This document shows positions 39,501-52,712 of a DNA stretch of 64,000 nucleotides, piece by piece (within the stretch, counting starts at the first letter, position 1; the number at the start of each line of letters is the position of its first letter). Both the position numbers and the translations under genes were made by a program. The notes under the pieces were generated by a model. That model did no database searches and was not told where the DNA came from. It saw nothing but the letters and a program-made list of their open reading frames with translations. Where the stretch lies: positions 9,023,095 through 9,087,094 of the forward strand of contig MU054391.1 in the NCBI GenBank assembly GCA_013239625.1, written 5' to 3'. This stretch comes from Lama guanicoe (taxonomy: Eukaryota).

Positions 39501-42500
39501 GGGAAGATCGCTACACTTCACTAAGAAAAGACAGACAGAGTAATGATTTGATAAAAAATAAAAGGTTCCTAGTTATTCACATGCATTTGTTGTTTTTATT
39601 TCTCCTCATGTATTTGCTACACTGTTTCCTAAACTAATTACCTAATTACAGAGGGTGCGAGCATTTCAGGGATTAAAGTGAGCCCCTCACCTGTAACGTG
39701 GGGGTAGCGATGTTTATACATTGCTCCACTGGAAAATGCTCCAGCCCGTCTCACAGCGGCTGAATCATTCATTAACCTGCCTCCTCGACCCACGTGGTTA
39801 ACCAGTGTTAATCCCTCCAAGGTACCAGTAAATTCCATCGGTCATTTCTACTAAGTCCTTTAATTAATCACATTAGCGATCACTGTTGACTCTCTCCTCT
39901 CCCACAGGCCATTCATGCAATTTCCCGGGGAGAGAACCGACTAGAAGGCACATTTGCAGGAATGCCTGCGAGATACCTTGTAACCAATTACTCCTGCAAA
40001 ATTGGAGTCCCCAGCATTTCAGACCAGGGAGGTCAAATGCGGCTATTTTTATTGTGACACCTGGATGCAGCTGACATCTGTATTCTGCAGGTGGAGGAGG
40101 ACAAGGCGAAGGATGCACAGGGAAGAAGCAACTGCTCGAAAACATCACTTCCACAAAGCAGAGAAATCAGTGGAAGTCAGCACGCCCTCTCATTCAACAC
40201 CAGTACCCTCGGCAGGTGCCTCGGCTGAGGTAAACCAAGATCTGGGGCAGGAACAAACAACTCCAAAAATCTCCGTGATGTAACACAGAGGTTGATGTTC
40301 CACTCACGCAAATTCCAGGGCAGGTCGGAGTGGTATCCTGGCCGCCCTCAGCGATGCAGCCGGCCTCAGGTGCCTGGCTACACTGTCTCAACCTGAAGCC
40401 TCCTGCTTGGCAGGGAAAGAGAACTGCAGGGCAGAGGACTTGTCCCCGTCCCAGCCTGGGGTGGCAGATGTCACTTCCAAGACTGATCATAGTGTCCTCT
40501 CCCAGTGCGGGGAGATTAAGACATACGGTCTTCACGTGTTCAGAAGGGAGCAGGAAGCAGGTAATGGTGAGACTATTAATGTCCTTCAAAGACGAGTAAA
40601 TCCACCAGCCTTTAACTACTGATTGGTTAAAGGTAAGAATACCTTCCTCTGATATGGTATACCTGGTAGACCGAATCACACCTTAACTCGTTTGTTTTAA
40701 TTCTGCCTTGGTTTTTGTTTATCATATTCTATTCTGTTTTCTTTGATCATGTAACTCAGAGACCAAACTGAATAAACAGGAATTTAGTTGGGAAATACCT
40801 CAACACTACCACATTCATATTTTTATGACGTCAGTTCTTAATCTGGGTGCCTTGATTCAGAGATGCCAAGGACTTTTTAAGGTGATGTATGCGTAATTTT
40901 TCCTATAAAAAGGGGCCATACTTTTATGCAGGTTCTCACTGGTCTATCAACTCCCTGAGGGCTGAAATGGTTTTAGGAAACTTTTGATCTTCCAGAGCAT
41001 TCATTGAGGGTGTGGCATGGCCAAGTGGACAAGAGGTTATTGGCAAAGGAGGTTAGGAAGAGAAGTTGGAAGGGTGCAGGGCTCCTGCTAGAGAAAATGA
41101 GTAGATGGGGTTCAGCAATCAGAAGGATGGGATCTGGCCAACAGACCGAGCAGAGGGGCAGTAAGGACATGAGGGGTGGCAGGGAGGAAGCCCGGAAGCA
41201 GTGTCAGGGCACAAAGGGAATGTGGAAAGATCTAGAAGACCACCATTTGTGTACATTGCAAAAAGCCAGGACAACCACCTTGCCTGCCCTGGACCAGGAG
41301 GCTCTACCACCAGAGCTGGTTCTCCATGGAGCTCCTGGTCAGACGAGGGCTGGCTGTGCCTCCAGACACATCAGCTGAATTTTCTGGAACGAGGGATTAG
41401 CACATATACCAAAGTTTTGGTTTTTTTTTTTTCAAATGAGTCCCATGATTCATTTAGTGTGTTGCCTCACATAATAATTATAAAGAAATTATCCCCTCCA
41501 GTATCATTGTGTTTCATAGCAAGTGCTGCTCTTTACTGGGAAAATGAAAGGGTGAGACACTAACACAGAAAGAATTAATAGTGTCTATAGCCAACGAAAT
41601 AACAGTGAAAGAAGAAATCATGCTAAAGCAAAACATGACTTCACCAAAGATGGAAATCCACAGCTAAGTGCTAACACTACAGTGTATTTCAATGCTTTGG
41701 GGAGGCTGAGATCGCTTTGTTTTTTGATTACAAAAATAAGGAGCTGGTCTATTCTCAAATCTCAGGAGATTCCAAATGACAACGTTTGAACATATTTTAA
41801 AGGCGACGTAGCCTACAACAGCAAGTAAGCACACCTGTTCCCACACAAGTTAACCCTGCCCCGGCAGCTCAGTCTGGCCGGCCTCTCCCTTTGCAAGCCC
41901 AGGGGTGGGTGGGGTTGGGATCACTCTGCTTGAAATGCAACAACTGGACTTGAAACGCGCATCCTCCCCACTCTGCTTCATCAATTAAAACATCAAGCTG
42001 TCCTTCAGGAGCCAGATTAGAAACCCTGCTAACTTGAACCCGCTGACTATGCTCTTTTGTAACAGCAACCACCACCATTTCCAAGGATGTACTTCGTGCC
42101 TACGGAACCTGCAGGCCTCACCTTCATTCTGTAGGTGAGACAAGCGCAGCGTCACCTGTCTAACCCATCAGGGTACCGATCTGCTTACACGCCCATCACC
42201 CACGGCAGGCATCTCGCCCCTCGAAAGAGGGAGTCCCTTGTCAGTTCATCTTTGGTTTTATGCCCAGTGGTGTTCGCCATGTAGAAAAGACCTTAAAATG
42301 TCTTCGAGAGAGAAAAAGAGAATATGAATGTGACTCAGACAGAAACAGATTCTCCATGCTGATGTAAGGCTCAGAGATAGAGTTGGAACTCCCCGTCTGA
42401 CCACAAAGCTGAGAATGAAGGCCTCTCTCCACCGGGGGACTCCTTCAGCCCACGGGGCCTGATCATGAAACGAGGGGCGCCATGCCTCACTTGTTTCAGT

Positions 42501-45500
42501 CAGCTGGGGACAATGGCTCCAGTAAAAACGTTTATCGGACGCTTACATTTTGCTCTATGTGCTGTGCACACACCATCTAATATTTTAACCCTTGAAAACG
42601 GTTACATAAACATGGACACAGAAAGGTGCATAGAACAGCACATGTTTAATGAATAATCAGGAAGGGATCCACCCCATTGATGCCATCCAAGCTAAAATAA
42701 AAAGAACATTATCAAACCAGAACCAGAGAGTGTGGCCCCTCCCTCCCACCCACTAGAAACCAGTGTGCTCTCATTAGGATGATAATGGTCTTGCTTTTCT
42801 TTCGGCTTTATCTCTTAGGCCCATGCATTATCTTATCAAATTATCAAAATTCCCTAACTGGTAGGTGTGCAATGACCATCCCTCGGAGGGAGGTCAGAGT
42901 TCAGTGCAGAGTTCAGTGCCCTGGCCCTGCTCGCTCCCACCTGCCCGGGGCTCTCTGGTTCAAGGCTGCCAAAGAACTCACGTTCAAGGTTTCGGAGCTG
43001 GCATCACCTCTCCGAGGGCACAGATGTCAGTGCAGTCATGCTCAAATCTGACAATAGGCCTGTGTCCAGTCAAGCCCCCTGGTCTCAGCTGGGGGCGGGG
43101 GAAACTGGGAAGTCAGTGCCAGGCCACTCCGGGCCCTCTTCCCAGTAGCACAATGAGGCACTAGCTCGAAGCACAGTGACACCAGAGGGTCCCTGACTAT
43201 CTTATATATAAATAAACCCTTCATTCAAAACCCCTGTTGAATCAAGAGGTTGGATGGAACCCAGAAATCATCCTGCGTAACCCCTTAAAATCTGAAAGAG
43301 CAAGAAACTCAGGCCCAGAGAGGGAAGGGACTTTTTCAAGATCACACACTGTGATAAGGGACAGGGGCTGGTAAAAACTCCTTCAACAGTGTCAGGTGCC
43401 CAGCAGAGGTGAGGTCTGAATGGTATTTACTTTCCATTTCCCACTGGCCAACCAGGTGGGGTCATCCTCCATTCTTAATGAACCAGCAAACTCAGGGATC
43501 TAGATAAAGCTAACAGAAAGAGTTTCACTTTTTTTCCCCCCGAAGACCAACTTTGAGGCCAGAGTGACCCAGGCGTGGGTAGTTGGTCACATTCCCTCAG
43601 CCACATGAGTGACTAGAGACCATGAGTGCTTGCAGTCAGTAATAAACCCTCGCACATGTAGGCATCTTTTTACAGCGCTCTACAGTTTACAAAGTGCTCG
43701 CACACAGGTTATCCCATGTGATCCTCATAAAGCTCCCTGGGAAGGGTCAAAGCTTGTTATGTCATTCCTCATTTTCAAGGAAGAAACTGAGTATTTATCC
43801 AAGATCATAAAACTAGTGGAGCCAAGGTGACCCACTCCTAGTCCATCCCCACCCATGGTGACAGGACAAAGAGAACCTAGGGGACAGTGTGTCCCTCACT
43901 CCATCACCAGGTAGCATTGAAAAGTATTCCAAACAGTGTCCTTCTCTTATTAATTCTGCATCTCATCATCTCTCCATCATCTTTATATACCCCCAACATT
44001 GCAGGATCTCAGATAATTTGATTTAAACTTCATTTTACCTATCAAGAATTTTTAGAATCACAAACTTCAGTCAGAGAGGCTCTTGTTCTAAAATAACCCA
44101 TCCTGTCCTTATTTGCTAATATGGGAGCTCTGTGTATTTGAGTCAACACGTTTGTGCTACAAGTAACCTTTCAAATCACTTGACCCATTTCTCTCATTTT
44201 GTAGGTAAAGAAACTGAGGCCAAGAGAAAGGAAGTCACCTTCCCCAGGTGACATAACAGATCTATGGGGGAGCCTGAACAAACACCCAAACCCCCGTGCT
44301 CTGAGTCCTTCTCAGAGGAACACGGGTTCCTTCTACCCACCACCCCATCCAAACCCCGTCTTCCACTGGAGGACCACCCCACCCTTGTGTGTTCTCAAGC
44401 CACTCATTTGGAGCAATTTGTCAGGCCCTGTAAGCTCTTCTGAATCTGTCTCACCCACTGTAACGTTATCTCCCTGAGCCACCATCTCCTTCGAGAACCT
44501 TCTGCCTGACACCTCCCCTCTCTGAGCCTGGGGTCCTCACCTAGAACATTCACATCATCCCTGTGCCTCCCCCCTCACACTGTCATGAACTCTAAACTGA
44601 CATGCAGGTGGGAGAGGTTTCCTATCGGTGTGTATTCATGGAGTTGTGTTCTATACAATCTGAGCAAACCACTGGACCTCTCTGTGCCTCAGTTCTTCTG
44701 TCTCTAAAGGGGAGCCACCGCCATCCAGACCTAGCCTAGAGGGGTGCTAGGAAGACGGGGCTAACAGACCCTGATCTCTTCCAAAAGAAACACAGTCTAG
44801 GTATCAATGTCATCAACGAAGCCTCACTGTTCCGCAGATCTTCACTAAGCGTGCTTTTGTGTATTCAGTTAGCACCAACGTTGCACTTCCTGTGTGCCTC
44901 GCACAGTGACGAGAAGAAGGGCACAGAAGCAGCAGCAGACCCAGGCCTCCCGCCTCCCACGGTTCGAGAAGCAGACAGTTCCATGTGAAAATGACACAGA
45001 CACAAATCAAACAGACGGAATGGCTCTGAAAGAATGCACATCAGCATTTCAGGGAGAGTAAGAAAGTAAGGTCTCATTCTTAGATTATTCCACTAGGATA
45101 AAGGGTTTCCCACTGCTTTGGGACAAAAAAAATAAAAGAGACAGTAATAATCATAATGAGAGTCTTCTTCCATGATCTTTCCAAAGTCAGCATGAGAGAA
45201 TTCAGGTCTAGCAGCCAGTTTCCTTCCTGGAAAGCCTCCTTTCTTGACCAGCCACAATTAATGGCTCGTTCTCTGCATCCCACCTCTCAGTCTGTCCTTC
45301 CTCTGGTCCATCCATGCCTTCTCATTATCTTACAGTTGTTTGTAAAGCTAGCTTTGCTCATTTCATTTCTCCCTCCCTCCTCTCCTTCCATCCACACCTG
45401 TCCTGTAGAAGCCATCGCATAGAATGGCACTTGAAGATATTAACTGATAGAGACTGGATTGAATGGAGTTGATTATGTGGCAAAGGGCACGTTTGCCAAT

Positions 45501-45934
45501 TTTCACAGCCTGGTTCTATCCTCTCCATGCCCCTATAATTCTCCCGTTAGGGATCCATTTAAACCAGTTCATGTAACTGAGCAAAATCAGGGTGGAGGTT
45601 TGACCCCTAACTGGGAAACTGCAAAGGGGCCCCAGACATTATATTTTAGTGATTCATCATCACTACAGACAGACACACACATGCACAATATATAACAAAC
45701 AAATGCAGAGCCTGATCAAGACGGTAAAGGAGGTGTGGCTTAGCTTTGGTGTTGCCCTCACCAGCCCTTCCACGCCCTGTAGGGTTCTATGTCTGCAGCC
45801 ATTTCCCAACTCAGGGCTATCTCTAAGTACCCCCAGCAAGTATGTACTCTGGCTCCAGACTCCTTGCTCTCCCCTTCGTCACTGAACCTCTACTTACTGC
45901 CTGCATCCAAAGGATGCCAGCTAATGGATCTATG

Positions 45935-46088
45935 CCAGTCTGATCTCTTGAAAAGCAATTATTACCTCCCAAACCACCCTCTAACTGGACATTCTGATTC
46001 AGTAGGTCTGGAATGGAGCTCAGGGATGTGGGTTTTACAGACGTTCTCAGATTGATTTTCATGTGTACTCCTGGTTGACACCCATGAT
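45935..46088. mobile_element. MER5-like DNA transposon fragment
   Basis: attctgattcagtaggtctggaatggagctcaggg...gattttcatgtgtactcctggttgacaccc. Confidence 0.6.
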
Positions 46089-47392
46089 GGAGACAGACCC
46101 CACCTAATTCACATGATAAATAAGTACCATAAGAAGGCATGTGTTCATTCAAAGCCACCCAGAGATTTCCTAGCTAAGAAAGGACTCAGATCTCCTGATT
46201 CCCACGCCAGATCCGGGTCCCTCTTGTTAGTACAACAGAGTTGATGAAAGGAAGGAAAATCAACGCTTCTTGCTAGTCATCCTCCCTTCATTCCAAAGAG
46301 CAGCTTCAGCAGAAAAACAAATTTAAAAATTCAAAGCCTTATCAGCCTACACTTTCCATAATCAGAAGAGAGGATTCAGTTTGAACTTGCAACCTGTATC
46401 TAAAAACAAGAAAACATAAACAAAACATAAAGTGCTATGGTTCAAATTTTCTGCTGGAACCAGTCCCGAGCATTACTTGAGAGATCCCGCTAGCACGTCA
46501 GCCTGGGAGAAGACAACTCGAGGAATCTGTAAATAGCTACTGTCATCCAGATGGAATTTCTCCTTGGCTTTTCAGCCATGGAGTATTATCTGTAACATTT
46601 GAAAAAGTCACTTTTAAGATAATGAACTTGAAAAAATCAGTGTCATGGAGACACGGGGTTTTCATGACAAAAGAAATACAGGGCCAGAGGAAATTGTTAC
46701 TGTTTCTTTTTAGTTAAAATATCTTGTTTTGGTCCTCAAGGGCAGGATGCGATATATACACATTTAAAATTGGTGGCGTTTTACCAAAATAGGGATATGA
46801 AGGGAAAATGCAATGAAAGAGTGTGTTAGACACAAGTGGAAAAAGTGCGGCCCAGTCTCATCGGTAGCATAGCAACACTAACTGACACTTTGGCTGAGGT
46901 CAGCATTCCTGTGTTTCTCAAAAAAATATAAAAATAATAACAATACAAGTGTACACATGCTTACTTACTTCTACCAAAGGACTTTAATAGTAGATTGTCA
47001 GAAGTAGACAAGTTTCATTCTTTCGATCTCTCTTCATAAATACAAAGGCTAATTCAATGGAACATGACTAAGAAAGATTCTTAAATTCTGACTAATTAAC
47101 AGTGGTCATCTGCTGACCTGAGGAAACAGATTCTATTACACAAGATAAAACATTAATTGAAAGGAGGTAAGTGTTAAAAAAACAAAAAGTGAGGAAATTG
47201 AGGATGGGTTGGGGCAGTTAACACATGGTATTACCTTATCTCCCATCTGAGAAAGTCTTTTTTCATGTCATCAAATGTTCAATTCCATTCAAAAGATATA
47301 TACCAAAACACAAGAAACGCACAGCGTGCAATTAAAAACAGGGATCCCTGATTTTGTTCCTACACCACAACGTGACACCAAATATCAGTGTT

Positions 47393-47790
47393 CATATTAG
47401 TCAGGATAGATCACGATTTGCTGCATTGACAAGTTAACTCCCAGATGTCAGTAGTTTCCCACAAGAAAGCTTTGGTGGTTGTTTTTAGTCACTTACATGA
47501 AGTCTAATTTAAAGTCAATTTTCTCATCCTTGGTTGCTTCTCATCCCCGGTAATTTTCAAGTTACTACTTTAGAGTTCCTTCTTCAAAACGGTGGTACAG
47601 AGAGGCAAAATGTGTCCCAGGCCACAGGGAACACGGCATGTGTGCTCACATTCCCATTGGTGAGGACTCTGGGCACATGGGGTAGAACTCTGAGTGCAAG
47701 GACGCTGGAGATAAAGAATGTCCCTGCATCTCCAGGAAGAAAGATGGTGATGAGAACGCAGTATTGAATCTGCCACAGAAAACCAGTGAA
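47393..47790 (-). mobile_element. Old MaLR LTR (MLT1J/K-like)
   Basis: tattagtcaggatag...tgctgcattgacaa...tcagtagttt and ctcacattcccattgg...cacatgg motifs. Confidence 0.5.
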
Positions 47791-48318
47791 AGGTATGGGA
47801 AAAGCAGATGGAACAGACAGCATCACTCTGAGCAGCTGGGGAAAGTTCTCCCCATCAAGGATGGATTAGAGGGGGAATACAGAGCACACGCCATGGGGAA
47901 GGAACACTGCGATCAGAGCTCCAGAGGAGAGGCAGCAAGTAGGTTGTGTGTTCAGAGAACAGTAAGAAAACAAGCTCTGCTGAACAACTGCCAGTGAATG
48001 AAGGAAGGCAGGTATTCTGAAGTAGCTGGGGGAGGATAATATTTTGGAGAGTTAAGAGCTACAGGAAAAGAAATATAAATACATTTTTTATGGAGCAGCA
48101 CTGGGGCCTTTAAAGCTGGACCATCCAGGTAAACCCAGGTATGACCCAAATGATCAGTCCAGAAAGTTGAAGTCACCCAGCTCATCCCATTGTCCCAATT
48201 ACCCAAATGGTCACTAACCCCTCTTGATTCCTCTTCCCACAGAAATCTCAAAGCCACAGGTTCCTCTGTGCCCCCACTCCCTCTGCCTTATCCCAGGTCC
48301 TCAGCATCACTTACCTGG

Positions 48319-48672
48319 TGCCATGGACTGAACGTCTGCATCACCTCAAAATTCACATGTTGAAGCCCTCACCCCCAATGTGATGCTGTTTGGAGATGGA
48401 ACCTTACAGAGGTGAAACCTTCTTGACAGCATCGGCGCCCTTACTAGGAACAGATAGGTGAGCGCTCTCATCCTCTCTCTCTCTTTCACTCTCTCTCTCC
48501 CCAGCACATGACCACACAGCGAGAAGGAAGGTGTCTGCAGTCCAGGAAGAGGTTCTCACCAGAACCTGACCTCGCTCCTGACCTTGGACTTCAGCTCCAG
48601 AACCGTGAGAGATGCATTTCTGTCATCGAAGCCAGCCAGGCTATGGTATTTGGTACAGCAGCCCGAGCTATC
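48319..48672 (+). mobile_element. MaLR LTR (MLT1A/MST-like), near complete
   Basis: Starts tgccatggactgaacgt...aaattcacatgttgaagccctcacccccaatgtgatg and ends ccttggacttcagctccagaaccgtgaga...ctatggtatttggtacagcagcccgagcta. Confidence 0.85.
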
Positions 48673-49361
48673 TCTTGCGACCTCCCCAACAGCGTTCTCC
48701 CCACCTCTGGTGTCTTTTCCCACCGGGGGCCAGAATGACTTTCCGGAGAACCATTTCTAAAATGGTGTAACATAAGGGCCCCTTCCTGACCCAGCCAAAT
48801 CTACTCCACATTCTCCCAATACCAAAGCACTTCAAGGCTTACTGAAAAGATCACATTTTTCATGACTCTTAAGCATTTACGTAGGCTCCCCCTTTTAATG
48901 GGAAGGCCTCCACTCCTCCCTGCTTGGAAAAATCATATTCATTCTGCAGAGCCTTTCTGTAAGACAGTCTCCTCCCAACCTTTCCCTTAGTTAATAATTC
49001 CCTCCTCTGTGCTTTTTAACATGCTTTTAAAGCATTTTATTGCTTTCGATTATTTATATTGGCTCCTATCCTGGCCAACTCTCCACATACAAGAGCTCCA
49101 CTGAGAAAAGGAAATGTGTCCTCTTTACCTTTGACTCCTCAGGCCCCAGCCCTGTGTCCGGTTCAGAGTACACGTTCAAGAAATCCTTTTTCAATCAAAT
49201 GGGGAGTTAACATTACGGACAGTATCTAAGGTATATTCTGGGTCTAATATTCAGGCTTAACACTATGTCTTCCAGTATAATAATCATCATCATAATAGGA
49301 TAACACAGAATATATATATATATTATAAAGGACGAATATGGAGAAGGAAAATGCTGCTGTT

Positions 49362-49499
49362 GGGGGAAGGTAGAGCTCAGGGGTAGAGTGCACGCTGAGC
49401 ATGCACAAGGTCCTGGGTTCGATCCCCAGCACCTGCATTTAAAAAATAAATAAATAAACTTAATTACCCCCCCAAACAAACAAACAAACAAAAATACAC
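49362..49499 (+). mobile_element. tRNA(Ala)-derived SINE, camelid vic-1-like
   Basis: gggggaaggtagagctcaggggtagagtgcacgctgagcatgcacaaggtcctgggttcgatccccagcacc, then (taaa)n, taattacc and (caaa)n. GAAAATGCT at 49347-49355 and 49500-49508. Confidence 0.9.
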
Positions 49500-49539
49500 G
49501 AAAATGCTAGGGACCCAGTAGGGCAGAATTCTTGAATTA

Positions 49540-49760
49540 CAGCTAACAGTTATTAAGACCTTATTCTGGGCCAGATGCTGTGCGTGGTGCTTCTAATATG
49601 TTCTCTCACTCAATACTCACCAAAACCCCTTAAGGAAAAATACTGTTATTCTCCACACTTTAAAGATGAACAAATTGAGGCACATAGGGATTAAGCGTCT
49701 CGCCCAAGGCCCTCCAGTTAATGGTAATGGAGCCAGGGTCTGCATGCAGGCACTCTAATA
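49540..49760 (-). mobile_element. MIR SINE, near full length
   Basis: tactgttattctccacactttaaagatgaacaaattgaggcacatagggattaag...gcccaagg is the reverse-complement MIR core. Confidence 0.75.
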
Positions 49761-50499
49761 GAGGACTGATCCACGAAACCTGCCCTACAGAAGAGATCGA
49801 GCTCAGACATCAGGAACAAAGGCTCAGACACGGAGAGCGATTAGGACAACGCCAGAGCAAGAGGGATGATGGAATGGGAGCAGGAGGACACGCACACACG
49901 AAGCTCTCGCCCCTTGGTAGTTTAGAAATAGGCCGAGTACGTGTTCCCAGCAGAGGTATGTTAAGTATATGGTTTTAAATAGAAGCCGTACTTTATGAAG
50001 TATGTGCTATGTGCGTAGTTAGATCCAAGCTTTTGACATGCTGACTTCATTATGATCAATATAATTACTGGGCAAGGAAAACCAAGTGAATCAGCATCAG
50101 TAGTTAACACGAGGCACCCTGACGGCAGAAGGGAACGCCCCACAGAACGGGGGAGTGTATATCTCTGCGGCTACTTCACTCCTGACTGTATTAAAATAAG
50201 CACTTTCCCACTTTTACTGAAGTCTAAAGGATCTCTATCAATTAGCAATGTATTTATTACAAGTTTACCACAGATGCCCTGCCCTTTGGTTTAGGCTACA
50301 GGGGAATTTAAGTGGAAGGGAAAGGGGCGAGCAGACAAAAAGAGAGAGAGACAGAGTCTTCAGGTTTCCAAGAGCTCTCACTGTTGATTCAATCCTATTC
50401 AGTACCTATGCAGTAAGCCCCCACCTGGCAGCATGGAAAGAGCTCAGTGATGGGGATACGGGGCCGGGGCGGGGCATCAGAGGTGCGGTCCCTCCTATT

Positions 50500-51900
50500 A
50501 AAGAGCACATGTTTTTGTAGCGGACATAGACAAACAACTAGGTCGTATTAATATAAACGGGAGAGACCAGGGTGCACCGTGAAAGGGATCGATCTAAGGT
50601 AGATGCGGTAAGTCAGAGAGGACTGCCAGGAGGAGGTGAAACCTAAACTGAAACCTGAAGAAAGAACTTTCTTGTCAGGGGAAGATGGGAGGAAAGAATC
50701 TTAGCAGAGGGAACAGAGCAGTAACACGAGAAAGAGCAATGAAGCAGAAGAAAAGGTAAAAACAAACAAATAAGCTTAATTAGTAAGGCTGAAGCCAGAA
50801 GCAAGAGGGGGAGGAGCAGAAGACGAGGTGGAACAGCAAGCAAGGGCTGGAGCCTGAGGTTGCCACGTGGACTCTGGAAATTTTCCTAACATCAATGGAG
50901 CGTCACCTAAAAATGCAGGGAGATTGCCAAGGGGGTGGAGGGTGGGAAGGGATAGACGGGATTTCAAAATTGTAGAATGATTATAAATCAGTAAAAAAAT
51001 TTTTTTTTTAAATGCAGGGAGGGTCGAAGAGGGAAGGTACCCCCAAAATGTAGATTTTAGAAATCACTCTGGTTACAGTGGGGGAGATGACTGTGGGAGA
51101 AATCCTGGGTTTGGGGAACCAATGCATAGGCTGCAGCAGCGATTTAGATGGGGGTGCTGGTGACTGGGACTAAGATGGCAGCAGTAGGAATGGACTAAAG
51201 AGGAAAGATGAGAAAGACACTCAGGCGGGAGAAACAGCAGGAGGTGGCATGGTCATATGTGGCCTGAGGATGAGAGGAAGTGACAGATGATGGCTAGGCA
51301 TTGGCTGGATAAACTGGAAAGGCAGTGGTGCGCATCCACAAAAGGAAAGACACAAGGGGGAGAATTTGTTTCCAGATAAAATCTGTGCTCAGCTTGGGAC
51401 ATCTTGCCCTTTTGGTGTCTGTGGGACAGCCACAGGTCACCTCGTCTAGGCTCTTGGATATTTGGGTCTGCAGTTCAGGAGAGAGATGGAGACTGGAGAT
51501 TTCCATTAGGGAATCAATACATGGAAAGATGGTAGAAGTCAAAGCAGCAGACAAGATGATGCAATGAGAACTCACTGGGAAGAAGGCAGCCTGTGCTGGG
51601 TTGGGAGAAAGATGTATCAAAAATTCTTTCAAGCTAGGAGTACATCTCAAGGGAGATGTACAGCCAGGGATGTTTACAAGATGTGAGAGACCTCCAAGTG
51701 TTTACATGTAACTGGGACGGAGCTTGAAGAACAGGTAGGACTATAAAGAAAGGTGAAGGAAAGCGGTGACTGAAAGTGTGAGGTCATCAAGAAGACACGA
51801 GGAGATGGCATTCAGAGCCCAGAGCCCTGGGGGATGAACTGGTCTTTGAGAGGAATGGGGCCAGAAAAGGAACAGTCATAGGAAGGGAATTCAGAAGTAA
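50500..51900 (-). mobile_element. L2 LINE fragments, old
   Basis: Long purine-rich stretch with L2 hallmarks: aggaggaggtgaaacctaaactg, aaatcactctggttacagtgg, ttggatatttgggtctgcagttcaggagagagatggagactggaga. Confidence 0.7.
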
Positions 51901-52380
51901 TACCAAGGACCAACCCAGGATTTTCATCATCAGTCACATCGATCAACAGCCAAATGAGGAATGCACCCTCTGGGAGCAGAGATTTTCCTTGTTCACTCAG
52001 GTGTCTGCTCAAACCACAGCCTCTTATCCCAGTGGACTGGAGCATGGGAGTCCAAACAACGGAAGGGAGACAGAAACCCTCAGCTTTGCCCCACAACTAT
52101 CATACAGCAAGAGAAAAACCACCTGACTTCACACACTTTTGAATGTAAGCATGCACATTTACCACCTTAGTAAGGGCAGTCTGAAAGGAGGCTCACTTCT
52201 GTTGGCAAAGGACCACAGAAATTCTGGAAAACCTAATTTCAAGTATGTATTAAGTACCTACTCTTCCAGGGCTGGCTCTCTCAAGAGATCAAGAATAATT
52301 TCCTACATTTAAGTAGAGCTTGACCATCGATGATTATGCTGCATCTAGAATGCTTGGGGAAAAAATAAAGTATTAAAAAA

Positions 52381-52497
52381 GGGGGGGGTGGGTAGGTATA
52401 GCTCAGTGGTAGAGCAAATGGTTAGCATGCATGAGGTTCTGGGTTCAATCTCCAGTACCTTCATTTAAAAAAAAAACTCAAAAAATAAATAAAATAT
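52381..52497 (+). mobile_element. tRNA(Ala)-derived SINE, camelid vic-1-like (short form)
   Basis: ggtaggtatagctcagtggtagagcaaatggttagcatgcatgaggttctgggttcaatctccagtacc followed by an A-rich tail. Confidence 0.88.
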
Positions 52498-52529
52498 AGG
52501 ATGCTTGGGGAGATTGTTTAAGATTTCTA

Positions 52530-52712
52530 GTGCCCATCCTGAGATGAAGTTTCATTACATCTGGCACAGAGCCTGGGATCTTACTCACATTCCACTGGCT
52601 GGACTCCATCACATGGTACCACCGAATGCACGGAAAGAGGGACATGTGATTCTGCTGTGAGCCCAGAAGGAAAGGAAATGGGGTCGGTGAGGCCATTGCA
52701 CTGTCTCTGTCC
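52530..52712 (-). mobile_element. Old MaLR LTR fragment (MLT1J/K-like)
   Basis: ctcacattccactggctggactccatcacatgg...atgtgattctgctgtgagcccagaaggaaagg. Confidence 0.5.

Noticed and set aside
20450..52497. Four tRNA-Ala-like sequences as genuine tRNA genes
   Set aside because: Each has a disrupted acceptor stem and an A-rich tail; three share a non-tRNA 3' segment and some have TSDs. They are SINEs.
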